From: Candidatus Micrarchaeia archaeon
Lineage (GTDB): Archaea > Micrarchaeota > Micrarchaeia > Anstonellales > Bilamarchaeaceae
Length of the DNA: 64,000 bases
Assembly: GCA_041649555.1 (NCBI GenBank)
Contig: JBAZMS010000001.1
Location: 11,122 to 75,121 of the forward strand
Direction of reading: 5' to 3'
In this document: one piece after another, positions 9,397-19,251 of the stretch
How the letters are laid out: the number at the start of each line of letters is the position of its first letter
Position numbering within the stretch: the stretch's first letter is position 1
Translations under genes and position numbers: made by a program
The notes under the pieces: generated by a model
Databases searched by the model: none
The model's input: only the letters and a program-made list of their open reading frames with translations
What the model was told of the DNA's origin: nothing

Positions 9397-10807
9397 CGAC
9401 CCCTTTTTTTGCCCTCCTCATTTTTACAAGTGAAAAAATACTTATTATTTCTTTTTCAGGAACGCCAAGCTGCCTTAAAAACGAGATCACTGATGATGTT
9501 GAATATCCGAATTTTTCAAGCAGAAACACCAGTTTTTCAGCATTTAGTATTCCATCGCTTTTTTCAAATTCAGACCGTATTAATGAAATCTGGCTTTCAT
9601 CAAGACCCTGCTCTAGAAGCATTCTCAAAAATTGGTCTTTTTCCATTTCAACTTCCATTTTTCCACCTGTTTTAATTTTATATAAAGATAATGGTTCTTC
9701 CCCCTCAATCTTTTTTAATAGAAATGTTGAGCTTTTTGCCTGTCTTTGTGAAAAAATCATGTTTATTGCGCAATCACCAACACCAAATCTTGAAATTTCA
9801 GAATCTATAAAATCAGAATAACCGACTGATTTTTGGATATAGTCCTTATATTCTTTTAGAACAAGGCGAAAGATAAACAGGCTGCCGACATTGCTAAATA
9901 TGGTCTTATGCATGTCTGTTGGATTTTGGGATGCAACAACCAGAGCAAAGTTATATTTCCTTCCTTCGCGCACGATATCAATTACATCGCTTTTTTCATC
10001 TGATGCTATTTTCCATGCCTCATCCAATACGACAAAAAGTCGTATGCCCTTTTTACTGTCATATCTTTCAGATCTCATAAGTTCCTTGATATATTGCAGA
10101 AGCGTCAGGCCTGCAAGGCTCCGGATTTCTTCATTCGGAAGATTGTGAAGGTCTATTGAAACAAGCCCTGATTTGGAAAGTTTTTTTATATCCGGGGAAT
10201 TTTTTGCAGAAAAAAAATCCATGCCCTCATAAGTAAATCTTTTTATTATTCTTAATGCTTTTGAATTTTTTCTATGGAGAACCTTTAAAACATCCTCAAA
10301 ACAGGGTTTTTTGGATTTTCTAAAAACAATTTCAAGCGCGTTTTCAATTTCCTCCCGCTCCTCGGGAAAATTTTTTAAGTTTGCAAGAACATCGATTGCA
10401 GACAAAACCTGTTTTATGCGCGTTGTTTTATTGCTGTATGACAAATCAAAAAGATTTAATTTCTCTTTTGAAAGATCTATAACTTTTCCTCCGGCCTGCC
10501 TGACCCAGTTTCCATATTCGCCAACCCAGTCAAGTATTATTGCATTTGAATTCCATACCAGAGAAGAACGGGTCAAAAAACTTTTTACAAAATAACTTTT
10601 TCCGCTTCCGCTAATCCCGATTACTGCAATGTGGGGATTTATCAGCTTGGAATAATCCCAGTATGTTGGAACCCCTGCATATTTTGTTCGGCCAAGATAA
10701 ATTCCATTCACAGGAGAAGAGATGAGAAATTCCTTTCGTGGTTCTGGGGGATGAATCAAAATCATCCGCGATGCAATATCTGATGAAAACATTTTTGTAA
10801 TTTTCAA
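9374..10807 (-). CDS. HerA/FtsK/VirB4-superfamily P-loop ATPase (DUF87-like)
   Basis: Walker A IAVIGISGSGKSY. Walker B RLFVVLDEAW. Downstream LVVASQNPTDM resembles the HerA/VirB4 (A)TQ(R/N)P motif. About 90-aa helical C-terminal extension. Confidence 0.7.
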   Translation of the reverse strand: MKITKMFSSDIASRMILIHPPEPRKEFLISSPVNGIYLGRTKYAGVPTYWDYSKLINPHIAVIGISGSGKSYFVKSFLTRSSLVWNSNAIILDWVGEYGNWVRQAGGKVIDLSKEKLNLFDLSYSNKTTRIKQVLSAIDVLANLKNFPEEREEIENALEIVFRKSKKPCFEDVLKVLHRKNSKALRIIKRFTYEGMDFFSAKNSPDIKKLSKSGLVSIDLHNLPNEEIRSLAGLTLLQYIKELMRSERYDSKKGIRLFVVLDEAWKIASDEKSDVIDIVREGRKYNFALVVASQNPTDMHKTIFSNVGSLFIFRLVLKEYKDYIQKSVGYSDFIDSEISRFGVGDCAINMIFSQRQAKSSTFLLKKIEGEEPLSLYKIKTGGKMEVEMEKDQFLRMLLEQGLDESQISLIRSEFEKSDGILNAEKLVFLLEKFGYSTSSVISFLRQLGVPEKEIISIFSLVKMRRAKKGVVDLVLED

Positions 10808-10818
10808 AAATTCACACT

Positions 10819-11601
10819 CTAAAAAATTTCATCTTTTAAATCCTCGCCTGAGGCAGGGATAAACTTGTCCCATTCAAAACAGCGCAGCATGTCAAGATCA
10901 GAAAGTTCAACAACCGAGCATCCAAGCGTGCTTGAAAGAATTGTCACTATTTCTTTTGACTGCCTTTTTACCCTGGTTAGCGCATCGTCTTTTGTTATTC
11001 CAAATGCTGTCGTTGTTGCGTATGCAACAACCTCAACTGCGCGCTCCCCTTTTGAAAGGCGGTCTAAATCCTTGTTATACATTGAAATCTTCCGGTCAAT
11101 TTTAGCAGACTCATTTGTTTTTGAAGAGGAAACCTGAGATTTTTTTGATTCTGCAACAGATCTCAGGGTTTTTATATCGTCAATGTGTTTTGACAGATCT
11201 ATTGAAGAGATAAGGAGGGAAATTTTTACAACATTTCTAAGAGAGATTATTGCTTTTTCAAATGCATCAAACATTATTTTGGTCCCTTCTTTCCCCCTTT
11301 CAAGACTGCTTTCATAAAATTTTATTTCAAGAAATTTTGAAGCGTAATATCCTTTTTCGGTTTTTTTGAGTATATAATCCCTGGCAGGAGAAACCTCATA
11401 CTCCCCTCTCTTTTCAGAGAAGTTTGCATGATTTGTTACTAGTGAAAAGATAAGGTGGCCATATTTCCATAAAAGTAAAGTCAGCAGAAAAAATATTGAA
11501 GTTATTACAACAAAAAGAGCGCTTGTATAAATTATTGAAAGCAAAACTGAAATTAGAGAGCCGCAAATGCAAAATAAAACTATGATTCTGTTATTTATCA
11601 A
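10819..11601 (-). CDS. Membrane protein with two N-terminal TM helices and about 190-aa soluble domain, in operon with the ATPase
   Basis: Hydrophobic N-terminus IIVLFCICGSLISVLLSIIYTSALFVVITSIFFLLTLLLW followed by charged soluble region. Abuts upstream gene with no gap (11601/11602). Confidence 0.5.
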   Translation of the reverse strand: MINNRIIVLFCICGSLISVLLSIIYTSALFVVITSIFFLLTLLLWKYGHLIFSLVTNHANFSEKRGEYEVSPARDYILKKTEKGYYASKFLEIKFYESSLERGKEGTKIMFDAFEKAIISLRNVVKISLLISSIDLSKHIDDIKTLRSVAESKKSQVSSSKTNESAKIDRKISMYNKDLDRLSKGERAVEVVAYATTTAFGITKDDALTRVKRQSKEIVTILSSTLGCSVVELSDLDMLRCFEWDKFIPASGEDLKDEIF

Positions 11602-12540
11602 TCAAACAACCCCCAATGAAAAAGAAATCGGACCTGATAGGATATCCCCGAATCCCTTTATAAAGATAATTGTAATTATGAATGAGAATAATGGGGCAAA
11701 AACACAACTCAGCATTGTTTTTGAAAGGGCAAGGGATGTTTTTGAATGGGCAATCGTCAAATCCCCGGTAAAATCATTCTGGCTTAATTGATCTATTTTT
11801 TGGGCAATGACATAATTATCATTCATATCAACAATTGGAGGAACTATGTAATTTGAATTGTTTGTTATTAGAATTATGGCTTCTGTTGCATTCAAAAGTT
11901 CGGGTTCTGGGGTTGGGAATGCCATAATAAATGCAGGATAAAAAAGGTACAATCCTATTGATAATGCAATGAGAAACCCCCCTATTTTCCGCGTTGCAAA
12001 AAAAGACCTCAGCACAAGGCCTAGTGGAAGGAAAAGAAAAAGGGCGTTTTGTTCAAAAAAATTCAAAAGCATTAAATTAAAATCAAGGAATATTAAAAGA
12101 ATATTTGAAAAGATGAGATTTGCCGAAAAGAGGTTTGAAACAAGGGATAGATTCTGCAGTGGCTGGATTTCCAGTATATTAAAATTTAACACGATGGACT
12201 GATAATTCCCAATAAGAAGGGATAATTTTATTATTTCGCCAGAGAGGGCATTAAGCGAACCTGAAGCTGCCTGAAAAGAGCATGAAACTGCAGAAATCAT
12301 GGATTCTGCAGAACAGGATGAAAGAGTCATTTCTTTTGATATGGTTTGCGCAACCTCGATTATTACAAAAATTCCTCCGACAAGGGCGGCATTTATAATT
12401 GATTGGATTAATTCTTCAACTCCAAAAAGTTCAATTCTTTTTATTGAGATTGCCCTTCCAAGGCCAAGAATGATTCCTGATAAAATTATTGAGATTGTAA
12501 CTACCAGGACAGCGATATTTATTCCAACTATTTCAGTCAT
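11602..12540 (-). CDS. Polytopic integral membrane protein (at least 6 predicted TM), first gene of operon
   Basis: Multiple long hydrophobic segments throughout 312 aa. Directly abuts downstream membrane protein gene. Confidence 0.5.
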   Translation of the reverse strand: MTEIVGINIAVLVVTISIILSGIILGLGRAISIKRIELFGVEELIQSIINAALVGGIFVIIEVAQTISKEMTLSSCSAESMISAVSCSFQAASGSLNALSGEIIKLSLLIGNYQSIVLNFNILEIQPLQNLSLVSNLFSANLIFSNILLIFLDFNLMLLNFFEQNALFLFLPLGLVLRSFFATRKIGGFLIALSIGLYLFYPAFIMAFPTPEPELLNATEAIILITNNSNYIVPPIVDMNDNYVIAQKIDQLSQNDFTGDLTIAHSKTSLALSKTMLSCVFAPLFSFIITIIFIKGFGDILSGPISFSLGVV

Positions 12541-12728
12541 TTTTATCCATCACATCCTGCCCAACCGCAGATATGACAGACAACACACCCTTCCTGAAAA
12601 GAAAGATTAGAATTGCACGCTGGACAGATACCTTTATTTATCATTTCTTTTTCGGTCATGATATTCGCCTTATAAAGCTATTGTGTAAAATCTTTTTAAA
12701 CTTAACTAAAAAAAATAAAAAAATTGGC

Positions 12729-13421
12729 CTACTCGGCGCCTGTGCACATCCAATTTATTTCAGCTTCCATTGTATCAACAGTTACTACACATGCAGGATT
12801 ACAGCCGGGTTTTTGGATATCTAATTTAATCCACCATGTTCCGGTGATTTGGTTGCAGTAGTAATCGCCAGTATAATTTCCTTCCGTGGTGCATATCTCT
12901 TTTCCTATTTCCATTGCTTCTCCAATTGCCATAGTAAAATTAGTTCCGTTTTTTATACAGGTATCTAAATCAAATACCGGGCAGTTGATTTCCTCTTCGA
13001 TGCAATTATTTCCAAGCAAAAGAGTTTTGCATTCCTCACTCATTGAATCAGGACCTACGACAGGGCATTGGGCAATTATTTTTCCATTTTCATAGAAAGT
13101 AGATCCGCCTCCGATAAGAGAGCTTACCACCCGTATATACGGGCCGCAGACATATACTGCTGCAACATTTTCATTTCCACAAAAGGATTCGGCCTCTTTT
13201 TTAATATCTATTGGAGGGGTGCAGTTTTCTTCCCATGGTCTTATACATTTCTGCAATGGTTCGCACCAGCTATAGCCTGCAGAACCTATACATCTGTGTT
13301 CGTCTTTATCAGAACCAACCAAAGAAGTGTTTTTATCCGATTCATTTCCTGTTTCAAGGCATCCAAAAAAAAGTATTGCCCCAAGAAACAAAACCATTAG
13401 AAGTATTCTTTCTTTTTTCAT
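12729..13421 (-). CDS. Secreted cysteine-rich protein, possible lipoprotein
   Basis: Signal peptide with LGAILFFGC lipobox-like motif. About 19 Cys in 230 aa. No catalytic motif recognised. Confidence 0.45.
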   Translation of the reverse strand: MKKERILLMVLFLGAILFFGCLETGNESDKNTSLVGSDKDEHRCIGSAGYSWCEPLQKCIRPWEENCTPPIDIKKEAESFCGNENVAAVYVCGPYIRVVSSLIGGGSTFYENGKIIAQCPVVGPDSMSEECKTLLLGNNCIEEEINCPVFDLDTCIKNGTNFTMAIGEAMEIGKEICTTEGNYTGDYYCNQITGTWWIKLDIQKPGCNPACVVTVDTMEAEINWMCTGAE

Positions 13422-13460
13422 ATTCCTTTCTAGAGGTTTAGATTTTAAAAAGATTATCTT

Positions 13461-13862
13461 TTATTTTACGATCCGAAACTTGAAACCATAATGAATTAAA
13501 CCTTCTGGGTCGTCTTTTTGTATCATACGAAAAACAGATTCAACATTCGCTCCTTCGCTTATATCATTTTCCTGGCAATCAACAATTTGTCCAAGTATTC
13601 TTGCACCTTCAGCTAAATCAATTAAAGCTAAAAAATAGGGTGCCTGGGTCTCAAATCCATCTGGAGGAACATGAATTCGGGTGTATGAGTATATTTTTCC
13701 TTTTCCCGAATATCTTTTTGGGGAGAGTTTTCCTTTTCTTCGGCATTTGGGGCAGACTGCCCGTGGAGGAAAAAAAGAAGATTTACAACTTAGACATTCA
13801 TTGCCTTCAAGCCGATATCTTTCAGGTATTCTTCTCCATGTAAGAGATATTGATGATTTCAT
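13461..13862 (-). CDS. DUF35-family Zn-ribbon/OB-fold protein, thiolase partner
   Basis: CLSCK...CPKCRR zinc ribbon followed by OB-fold-like C-terminus. Immediately downstream of the thiolase gene, as in archaeal thiolase/HMGCS/DUF35 clusters. Confidence 0.7.
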   Translation of the reverse strand: MKSSISLTWRRIPERYRLEGNECLSCKSSFFPPRAVCPKCRRKGKLSPKRYSGKGKIYSYTRIHVPPDGFETQAPYFLALIDLAEGARILGQIVDCQENDISEGANVESVFRMIQKDDPEGLIHYGFKFRIVK

Positions 13863-13869
13863 AATTTTA

Positions 13870-15030
13870 TCAGTCCCTTTTAACTATATGAACTACTGTT
13901 GTGGCTCCTGAGCCTCCGACATTGTGGGCAAGCCCTGTGCTTGCATCTTTTACCTGTCTTTCCCCTGCTTCGTTTCTTAGCTGCCATGATAATTCAACTA
14001 ATTGTTTTATTCCTGTGGCTCCAACCGGGTGACCGCAGGATTTTAAGCCTCCTGAAGTATTTATTGGGATTTCTCCATTTAAGGCTGTTTTTCCTTCAAA
14101 AGATGCAATTCCTCCTTCTCCTTTTTTGAAAAATCCAAGATCTTCAATTGCCATTATTTCTGCTATTGTAAAACAATCATGGACTTCTGCAAGGTTAATA
14201 TCTTTTGGAGTTATTTTTGCCTTCTTATATGCCTGTTGTGAGGCTATTTGAGCTGACTTCACTCCAGTAAGCGTCTCTCTTGAATTAAGCGCGATGGTAT
14301 CGCTTGCCTGAGTTGATGCTAAAACTTTTACTGGTTTTTTTGTATAGCTGTATGCCTCCTCCATTGGAGCCAATACCAATGCTGCAGCCCCATCTGAAAT
14401 TGGGGAGCAGTCTAAAATTTTTAGTGGATCTGCTACCATTTTTGATTTTAAAACATCATCAATAGTTATTTTTTTTCTAAACTGGGCGTATGGATTTTTA
14501 AAGCCGTTTTCATGGTTTTTTACTGCCACGCTTGCAAGCATCTCCTCTGTAGTGCCATAATCAATCATATGTCTTTTTGCCATTAGCGCATAAAGCGCTG
14601 GAAATGTCGCCCCAAAAAATAATTCCCATTCCTGATCCCCTGCTCCTCCAAGCGCAGTAGTGACTCCTGTTGTCCCAAGATCAGTCATTTTTTCAACGCC
14701 GCCAACAACAACAAGATTATACTCTCCTGAACCTACTGCCATAATTCCCTGACGCAAGGCAAGCGAACCTGATGCGCAGGCACCCTCTACTCTTGTAATT
14801 GGAATTGGGGTCAATCCCATAAAATCAGCAATCAGTGCACCTATGTGTTCTTGTCCTATTAATTTTCCAGAGGCCATTGTTCCGACAAAACCTGCATCGA
14901 TTTTATCTCCATGAACATTTCCATCTTCTAATGCTTTTATTCCTGCCTCTACTACCAATTCCCTAAACCCTTTGTCCCAATGCTCGCCAAACTTAGTCAT
15001 TCCAACTCCGATTATTGCAACATCCCGCAT
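13870..15030 (-). CDS. Thiolase (acetyl-CoA C-acetyltransferase, archaeal SCP-x-like type)
   Basis: N-terminal VAIIGVGMTKFGEHW. Active-site Cys region VEGACASGSLAL. C-terminal GHPVGATGIKQ motifs. Confidence 0.8.
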   Translation of the reverse strand: MRDVAIIGVGMTKFGEHWDKGFRELVVEAGIKALEDGNVHGDKIDAGFVGTMASGKLIGQEHIGALIADFMGLTPIPITRVEGACASGSLALRQGIMAVGSGEYNLVVVGGVEKMTDLGTTGVTTALGGAGDQEWELFFGATFPALYALMAKRHMIDYGTTEEMLASVAVKNHENGFKNPYAQFRKKITIDDVLKSKMVADPLKILDCSPISDGAAALVLAPMEEAYSYTKKPVKVLASTQASDTIALNSRETLTGVKSAQIASQQAYKKAKITPKDINLAEVHDCFTIAEIMAIEDLGFFKKGEGGIASFEGKTALNGEIPINTSGGLKSCGHPVGATGIKQLVELSWQLRNEAGERQVKDASTGLAHNVGGSGATTVVHIVKRD

Positions 15031-15198
15031 AAGTGCACCTAACTTAAGAAATATTTATAATAATAAGGTAAATAATTTGATTTATAAATATAGCGTATTT
15101 TTATTCGTCTTTTGGCGAATTGTATGATGGAGGTATAATTTGGGACCTGCCTGAAATAAAAAATAAATATATAAACTTATCCTATATTAAATAAGATT

Positions 15199-16242
15199 AT
15201 GACTTCTAAAGATACTAAGAATAAACAGGAAAATGATGACTCCAAAAAGGAGAATTGCTGTCCTTTGATGGATAACCCAAAAAACTCGGTTTTGGTTGTA
15301 GGCATTATTGCACTTGTTGTGGGTTTTGCACTTGGGTATTTTGTATATGGATACTTGACTCCTTCAGAAATAATTGTAAAGGAAATTTTTGAACCAAACC
15401 AAACAGAGGTTGCAAAAATTAAAACATTAATGGAAAAAATAGCATACATAAATATAGGAGAGCAGCAAACACTTGCAGTAAAGAATGTAACCCTTGAAGA
15501 GGTTATAAGAATTTCTTTTGATCTGGCAGGTCAGCAGACCGCAATATATGTAAGCAAAGATTATATGAATATCCTTGGATTTGAGCAGGTTGAAAGTATT
15601 GAAAATTTAAATGAACAGGTAAATGAAGTTCTCGCCCTAATGGATGGGGAACCTGAATTTGAAGAAGGTGCCCAGCAAACTGAGACTCCAAAAGTAGAAT
15701 TATATGTTATGAGTTACTGCCCGTATGGAAACCAGGCAGAGAACGGTATAAAAGATGCAGTCCTGCTTCTTGCAGAAAAAATCGATTTTGAACCAGTATA
15801 TATAATTGGAGCGAGTGGGGACAATTTTAATTCATTGCATGGGCAAACTGAGCTAAATCAGGATATACGGGAAAAAATAATATATAATTTATATGGTGAA
15901 ACAGGGTGGGTTGAATATGTCTACAAGGTAAATGCAGACTGTTCCCTAAATGATATAGAAACATGTTGGAAAGACCCGGCAACTGCACTTGGTTTTGATG
16001 TTGAAAAAATAGAAACAGAATACAATGAGAAATATATCGAGATCGCACGGGCAGAGGCATTAAAAACTTCCCAAAATGGAGTGAGTGGTTCTCCAACTCT
16101 TCTTATAAATGGAAAAAAATATAGTGGGGGAAGAGATGCAGAAAGCTACAAAAATGAAATCTGCGCATACTTTACAGCACAGCCCGATGAATGTAATAAA
16201 ACATTAGATTCAGCAGGCTCTGCTTCAACTGGAAATTGTTAA
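15199..16242 (+). CDS. Membrane-anchored thioredoxin-fold (DsbA-like) protein with atypical CPYG active-site motif
   Basis: Single TM (VLVVGIIALVVGFALGYFVYGYL). YCPYG where CxxC is expected. DsbA-like cis-Pro loop VSGSPTLLINGKKY. Confidence 0.45.
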   Translation: MTSKDTKNKQENDDSKKENCCPLMDNPKNSVLVVGIIALVVGFALGYFVYGYLTPSEIIVKEIFEPNQTEVAKIKTLMEKIAYINIGEQQTLAVKNVTLEEVIRISFDLAGQQTAIYVSKDYMNILGFEQVESIENLNEQVNEVLALMDGEPEFEEGAQQTETPKVELYVMSYCPYGNQAENGIKDAVLLLAEKIDFEPVYIIGASGDNFNSLHGQTELNQDIREKIIYNLYGETGWVEYVYKVNADCSLNDIETCWKDPATALGFDVEKIETEYNEKYIEIARAEALKTSQNGVSGSPTLLINGKKYSGGRDAESYKNEICAYFTAQPDECNKTLDSAGSASTGNC

Positions 16243-16280
16243 ACATCTATTTTTATTTTTTCTTTTTCAATATTCTTTTT

Positions 16281-17684
16281 ATGAAAAAGCTAAAGGAAGA
16301 GTGCGGAGTTGCAGCAATAATATTAAAAACAGGGCAAAATATCTCCTATTTGATTTATGAATCGTTGTTAGCCCTGCAACACCGGGGGCAGGATGCTTCT
16401 GGATTTGTTGTTTATGATAATGGAAAATTAGAAAGAAGAATCGGGCTTGGCCTTGTTAGTGAAGCATTTAATGGAGAAGATTTAAAATTTAATGGAACCA
16501 TTGCTATCGGGCACACAAGATATCCAACAACAGGAAGATGCAAATTAGAGGATGTGCAGCCTGTTTTTCATAATAAGATGGCCCTTGCACATAATGGGCA
16601 CATTTCAAATTATAGTGATTTAAAAAAAGAATTGGAAGAAAAAGGATATACATTCAAGGGAACTGTTGATAGCGAGCCCCTTTTATATATCTTAGATTAT
16701 GAATTAAAAAATAAAAAAACAATTGAAGGCGCAATTGAAACTTTGATGAAAAAAGTTATTGGTTCTTATTCTGTTGTTTGGATATTGGAAGATAAATTAG
16801 TGGTATTCCGAGACCCGCATGCGATACGGCCATTAGTCTATGGAAAATCAGAATTGGGGTATGCTTTTGCATCAGAATCAGCTGCATTGGATATAAATGG
16901 GTTTGAATATGTTGGATCAGTTGCAGGTGGCGAATTAATAATTATACAAAATAATGAAATGAGTAGAAAAATAATTCTCCAAAAAGAAAAAAGAAACTGC
17001 ATGTTTGAATATGTCTATTTTTCACGGACAGATTCGATAATTAATGATAAATTGGTAAATGATGTCCGAAAAAAACTCGGGGAAATTATTGCAGATGAGC
17101 ACCCTGTAAATGCAGATGTTGTAGTGCCTGTTCCAGATACCTCAAGAACTGCTGCGCTGGCATTTTCATATAAAACTGGAATCCCTTATGAAGAAGGCCT
17201 TATAAAAAATAGGTATGTTGGAAGAACATTTATAATGAATTCGCAGGAGAAAAGACGGGAAACAGTAAAAAGAAAGCTAAATCCGATAAAAAAAGTAATT
17301 GAAGGAAAACGAGTTGTTCTTTTTGATGATAGTATTGTTAGGGGAACTACTATGAAAGAGATTGTAAGAATGGTTAGGGGCGCTGGCGCATGTGAAGTTC
17401 ATTTGAGAATTACCTGCCCTCCTGTAAGAGCGCCTTGTTTTTATGGTGTTGATATGCCTTCGTATAAGGAATTAATTGGAAGCAAAAAATCAATAAAGCA
17501 AATAGAGGAATATTTAAATGTGGAAAGCCTGGGCTATATAAGCATGGATGGGCTTTTGAATGCGATTGGAAGTGGGTGCTGTGCGGGTTGTTTAAATGAA
17601 GAGTACTTTTCAGATTATGTTTTAAATCTTGCAAAAAAAGTTAAAGAGAATGAGGGTATTTTGGATGGCTGTAATAAATGTTAG
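16281..17684 (+). CDS. purF: Amidophosphoribosyltransferase. ORF track starts at 16236, but MKKLKEECGVAAI at 16281 gives a short propeptide before the catalytic Cys
   Basis: Ntn-GATase CGVAAI start. PRTase motif VVLFDDSIVRGTT. C-terminal Cys cluster (CPPVRAPCFYG...CCAGC) for the Fe-S site. Confidence 0.85.
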   Translation: MKKLKEECGVAAIILKTGQNISYLIYESLLALQHRGQDASGFVVYDNGKLERRIGLGLVSEAFNGEDLKFNGTIAIGHTRYPTTGRCKLEDVQPVFHNKMALAHNGHISNYSDLKKELEEKGYTFKGTVDSEPLLYILDYELKNKKTIEGAIETLMKKVIGSYSVVWILEDKLVVFRDPHAIRPLVYGKSELGYAFASESAALDINGFEYVGSVAGGELIIIQNNEMSRKIILQKEKRNCMFEYVYFSRTDSIINDKLVNDVRKKLGEIIADEHPVNADVVVPVPDTSRTAALAFSYKTGIPYEEGLIKNRYVGRTFIMNSQEKRRETVKRKLNPIKKVIEGKRVVLFDDSIVRGTTMKEIVRMVRGAGACEVHLRITCPPVRAPCFYGVDMPSYKELIGSKKSIKQIEEYLNVESLGYISMDGLLNAIGSGCCAGCLNEEYFSDYVLNLAKKVKENEGILDGCNKC

Positions 17685-19221
17685 TATTTCATATTTGGAG
17701 GAAAAAACAGGTATAAAAAAAGAGGAGATGTGCCGGGTCTTAGGAGAGCTTGGATTTCCAAATGAATTTGATGAAAAAACATTCTCTGTTGAGGTTACGC
17801 CTAATAGGCCGGATTGCTATCTTGTTGGGGGAATTATAAGGGTATTGAATTCATATTTGGGAAAAAATAAAGATAAATATGTATGTGAAAAATCAGAGTA
17901 TGTTATAAAAACAGAGAAAAACATTAAAAAAATAAGGCCGCACATAAGCGCGTGTGTTGTGAAAAATATTAAATTAACTGAAGAAGAAATTCAAATGTTT
18001 ATAGATGCCCAAGAAAAAATGCATGACACCTTTGGAAGAAAAAGAAAAAAACTTGCAATTGGAGTCCATAATTTGGATGTTGTTGGATTCCCGTTAATAT
18101 ATGGGTGCGTGAAAGAATTTCAGTTTGTTCCTTTGGATTTTAAAGAAAAAATGCCTATTGGACAGATACTTTTAAAACATCCAAAAGGACTAGAGTATGG
18201 CCATTTGGTTTTGAAGGGAAAATATCCTTTGATTTATGAAGAAATTGAAAATAAGGTGGTTTCTTTTCCTCCAATTATCAATGAGGAAAGAACTAAATTA
18301 AAAGAAGGGGTAAAAAATATTTTTATAGAGGTCACTGGAACACACAAGGAAAGTGTTGAAAGCGCTGTAAATATTATTTGTTGTTCTATGAAAGATTTGG
18401 GTGGGGAGATTTATAGTGTAAAAATAGATAATAACACTCATCCAAAACTAGAATATAGAAAAGAAAAAATAAAAAGAAATAAAATCAATAGAATTTTAGG
18501 CAAGAAATTAACTGAAAAACAAATAAAAGAATCTTTGGAAAAAATGGGATATATTATAAAAAATGATGAAATATTAATGCCTCCTTTTAGGGCAGATATA
18601 ATTAGTTATATTGATATTATAGAGGATGTTGCAATTGGTTTTGGGTATAATAACTTTGCCCCTAGGGTTCCTGATTTTTATAGTGGAGGAAAATATGGAT
18701 TGGAGAGTATTAGAAGGGAAAAATTGTGTGAAATTATGAGTGGGTTGGGATTTATAGAGGTAGTTAATCCTATTTTGGTCGAATCTGGAGAGGCTGATGT
18801 GGCAATTAAAATAACAAATCCTTGTACTTGTGATGTTGGATTTATAAGAAATAATATTTTCAATTCGATTTTAAAAAACCTAACAGAGAATAAAATGAAG
18901 GGGATACCCCAAAAGATATATGAGGTGGGGATTGTATATTCTGGGGGGCAGCAGAAAAAAAAGATTTCTTTTGCAGTTATGGATAAAGAGATTGATTTTA
19001 ATGATATAAAGAGTGTGGTGCAGTCGATTCTTTTTGAAATGAATTTGGAGAAGGAGATTAGATTTGAAAATAAAATAGATAGTAATAGGTACAAAAGCAA
19101 CCGGGCGGCTAGTATAATTAATAACGGAGATAGAATTGGAGAGTTTGGAGAAATTTCCAAAAAAATATTATCAGGACTTGGAATTGAGTTTTCAGTTGGA
19201 TTTTTTGAAATGGAGATTTGA
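17629..19221 (+). CDS. pheT: Phenylalanyl-tRNA synthetase beta subunit, archaeal type. True start may be MAVINVS at 17665
   Basis: B3/B4 and B5 domain architecture. N-terminal AVINVSISYLEEKTGIKKEEMCRVLGELGFP. About 530 aa as expected for archaeal PheT. Confidence 0.7.
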   Translation: MQKKLKRMRVFWMAVINVSISYLEEKTGIKKEEMCRVLGELGFPNEFDEKTFSVEVTPNRPDCYLVGGIIRVLNSYLGKNKDKYVCEKSEYVIKTEKNIKKIRPHISACVVKNIKLTEEEIQMFIDAQEKMHDTFGRKRKKLAIGVHNLDVVGFPLIYGCVKEFQFVPLDFKEKMPIGQILLKHPKGLEYGHLVLKGKYPLIYEEIENKVVSFPPIINEERTKLKEGVKNIFIEVTGTHKESVESAVNIICCSMKDLGGEIYSVKIDNNTHPKLEYRKEKIKRNKINRILGKKLTEKQIKESLEKMGYIIKNDEILMPPFRADIISYIDIIEDVAIGFGYNNFAPRVPDFYSGGKYGLESIRREKLCEIMSGLGFIEVVNPILVESGEADVAIKITNPCTCDVGFIRNNIFNSILKNLTENKMKGIPQKIYEVGIVYSGGQQKKKISFAVMDKEIDFNDIKSVVQSILFEMNLEKEIRFENKIDSNRYKSNRAASIINNGDRIGEFGEISKKILSGLGIEFSVGFFEMEI

Positions 19222-19251
19222 GTATTCTACTGAGCCCCCATTCTTCCATAA

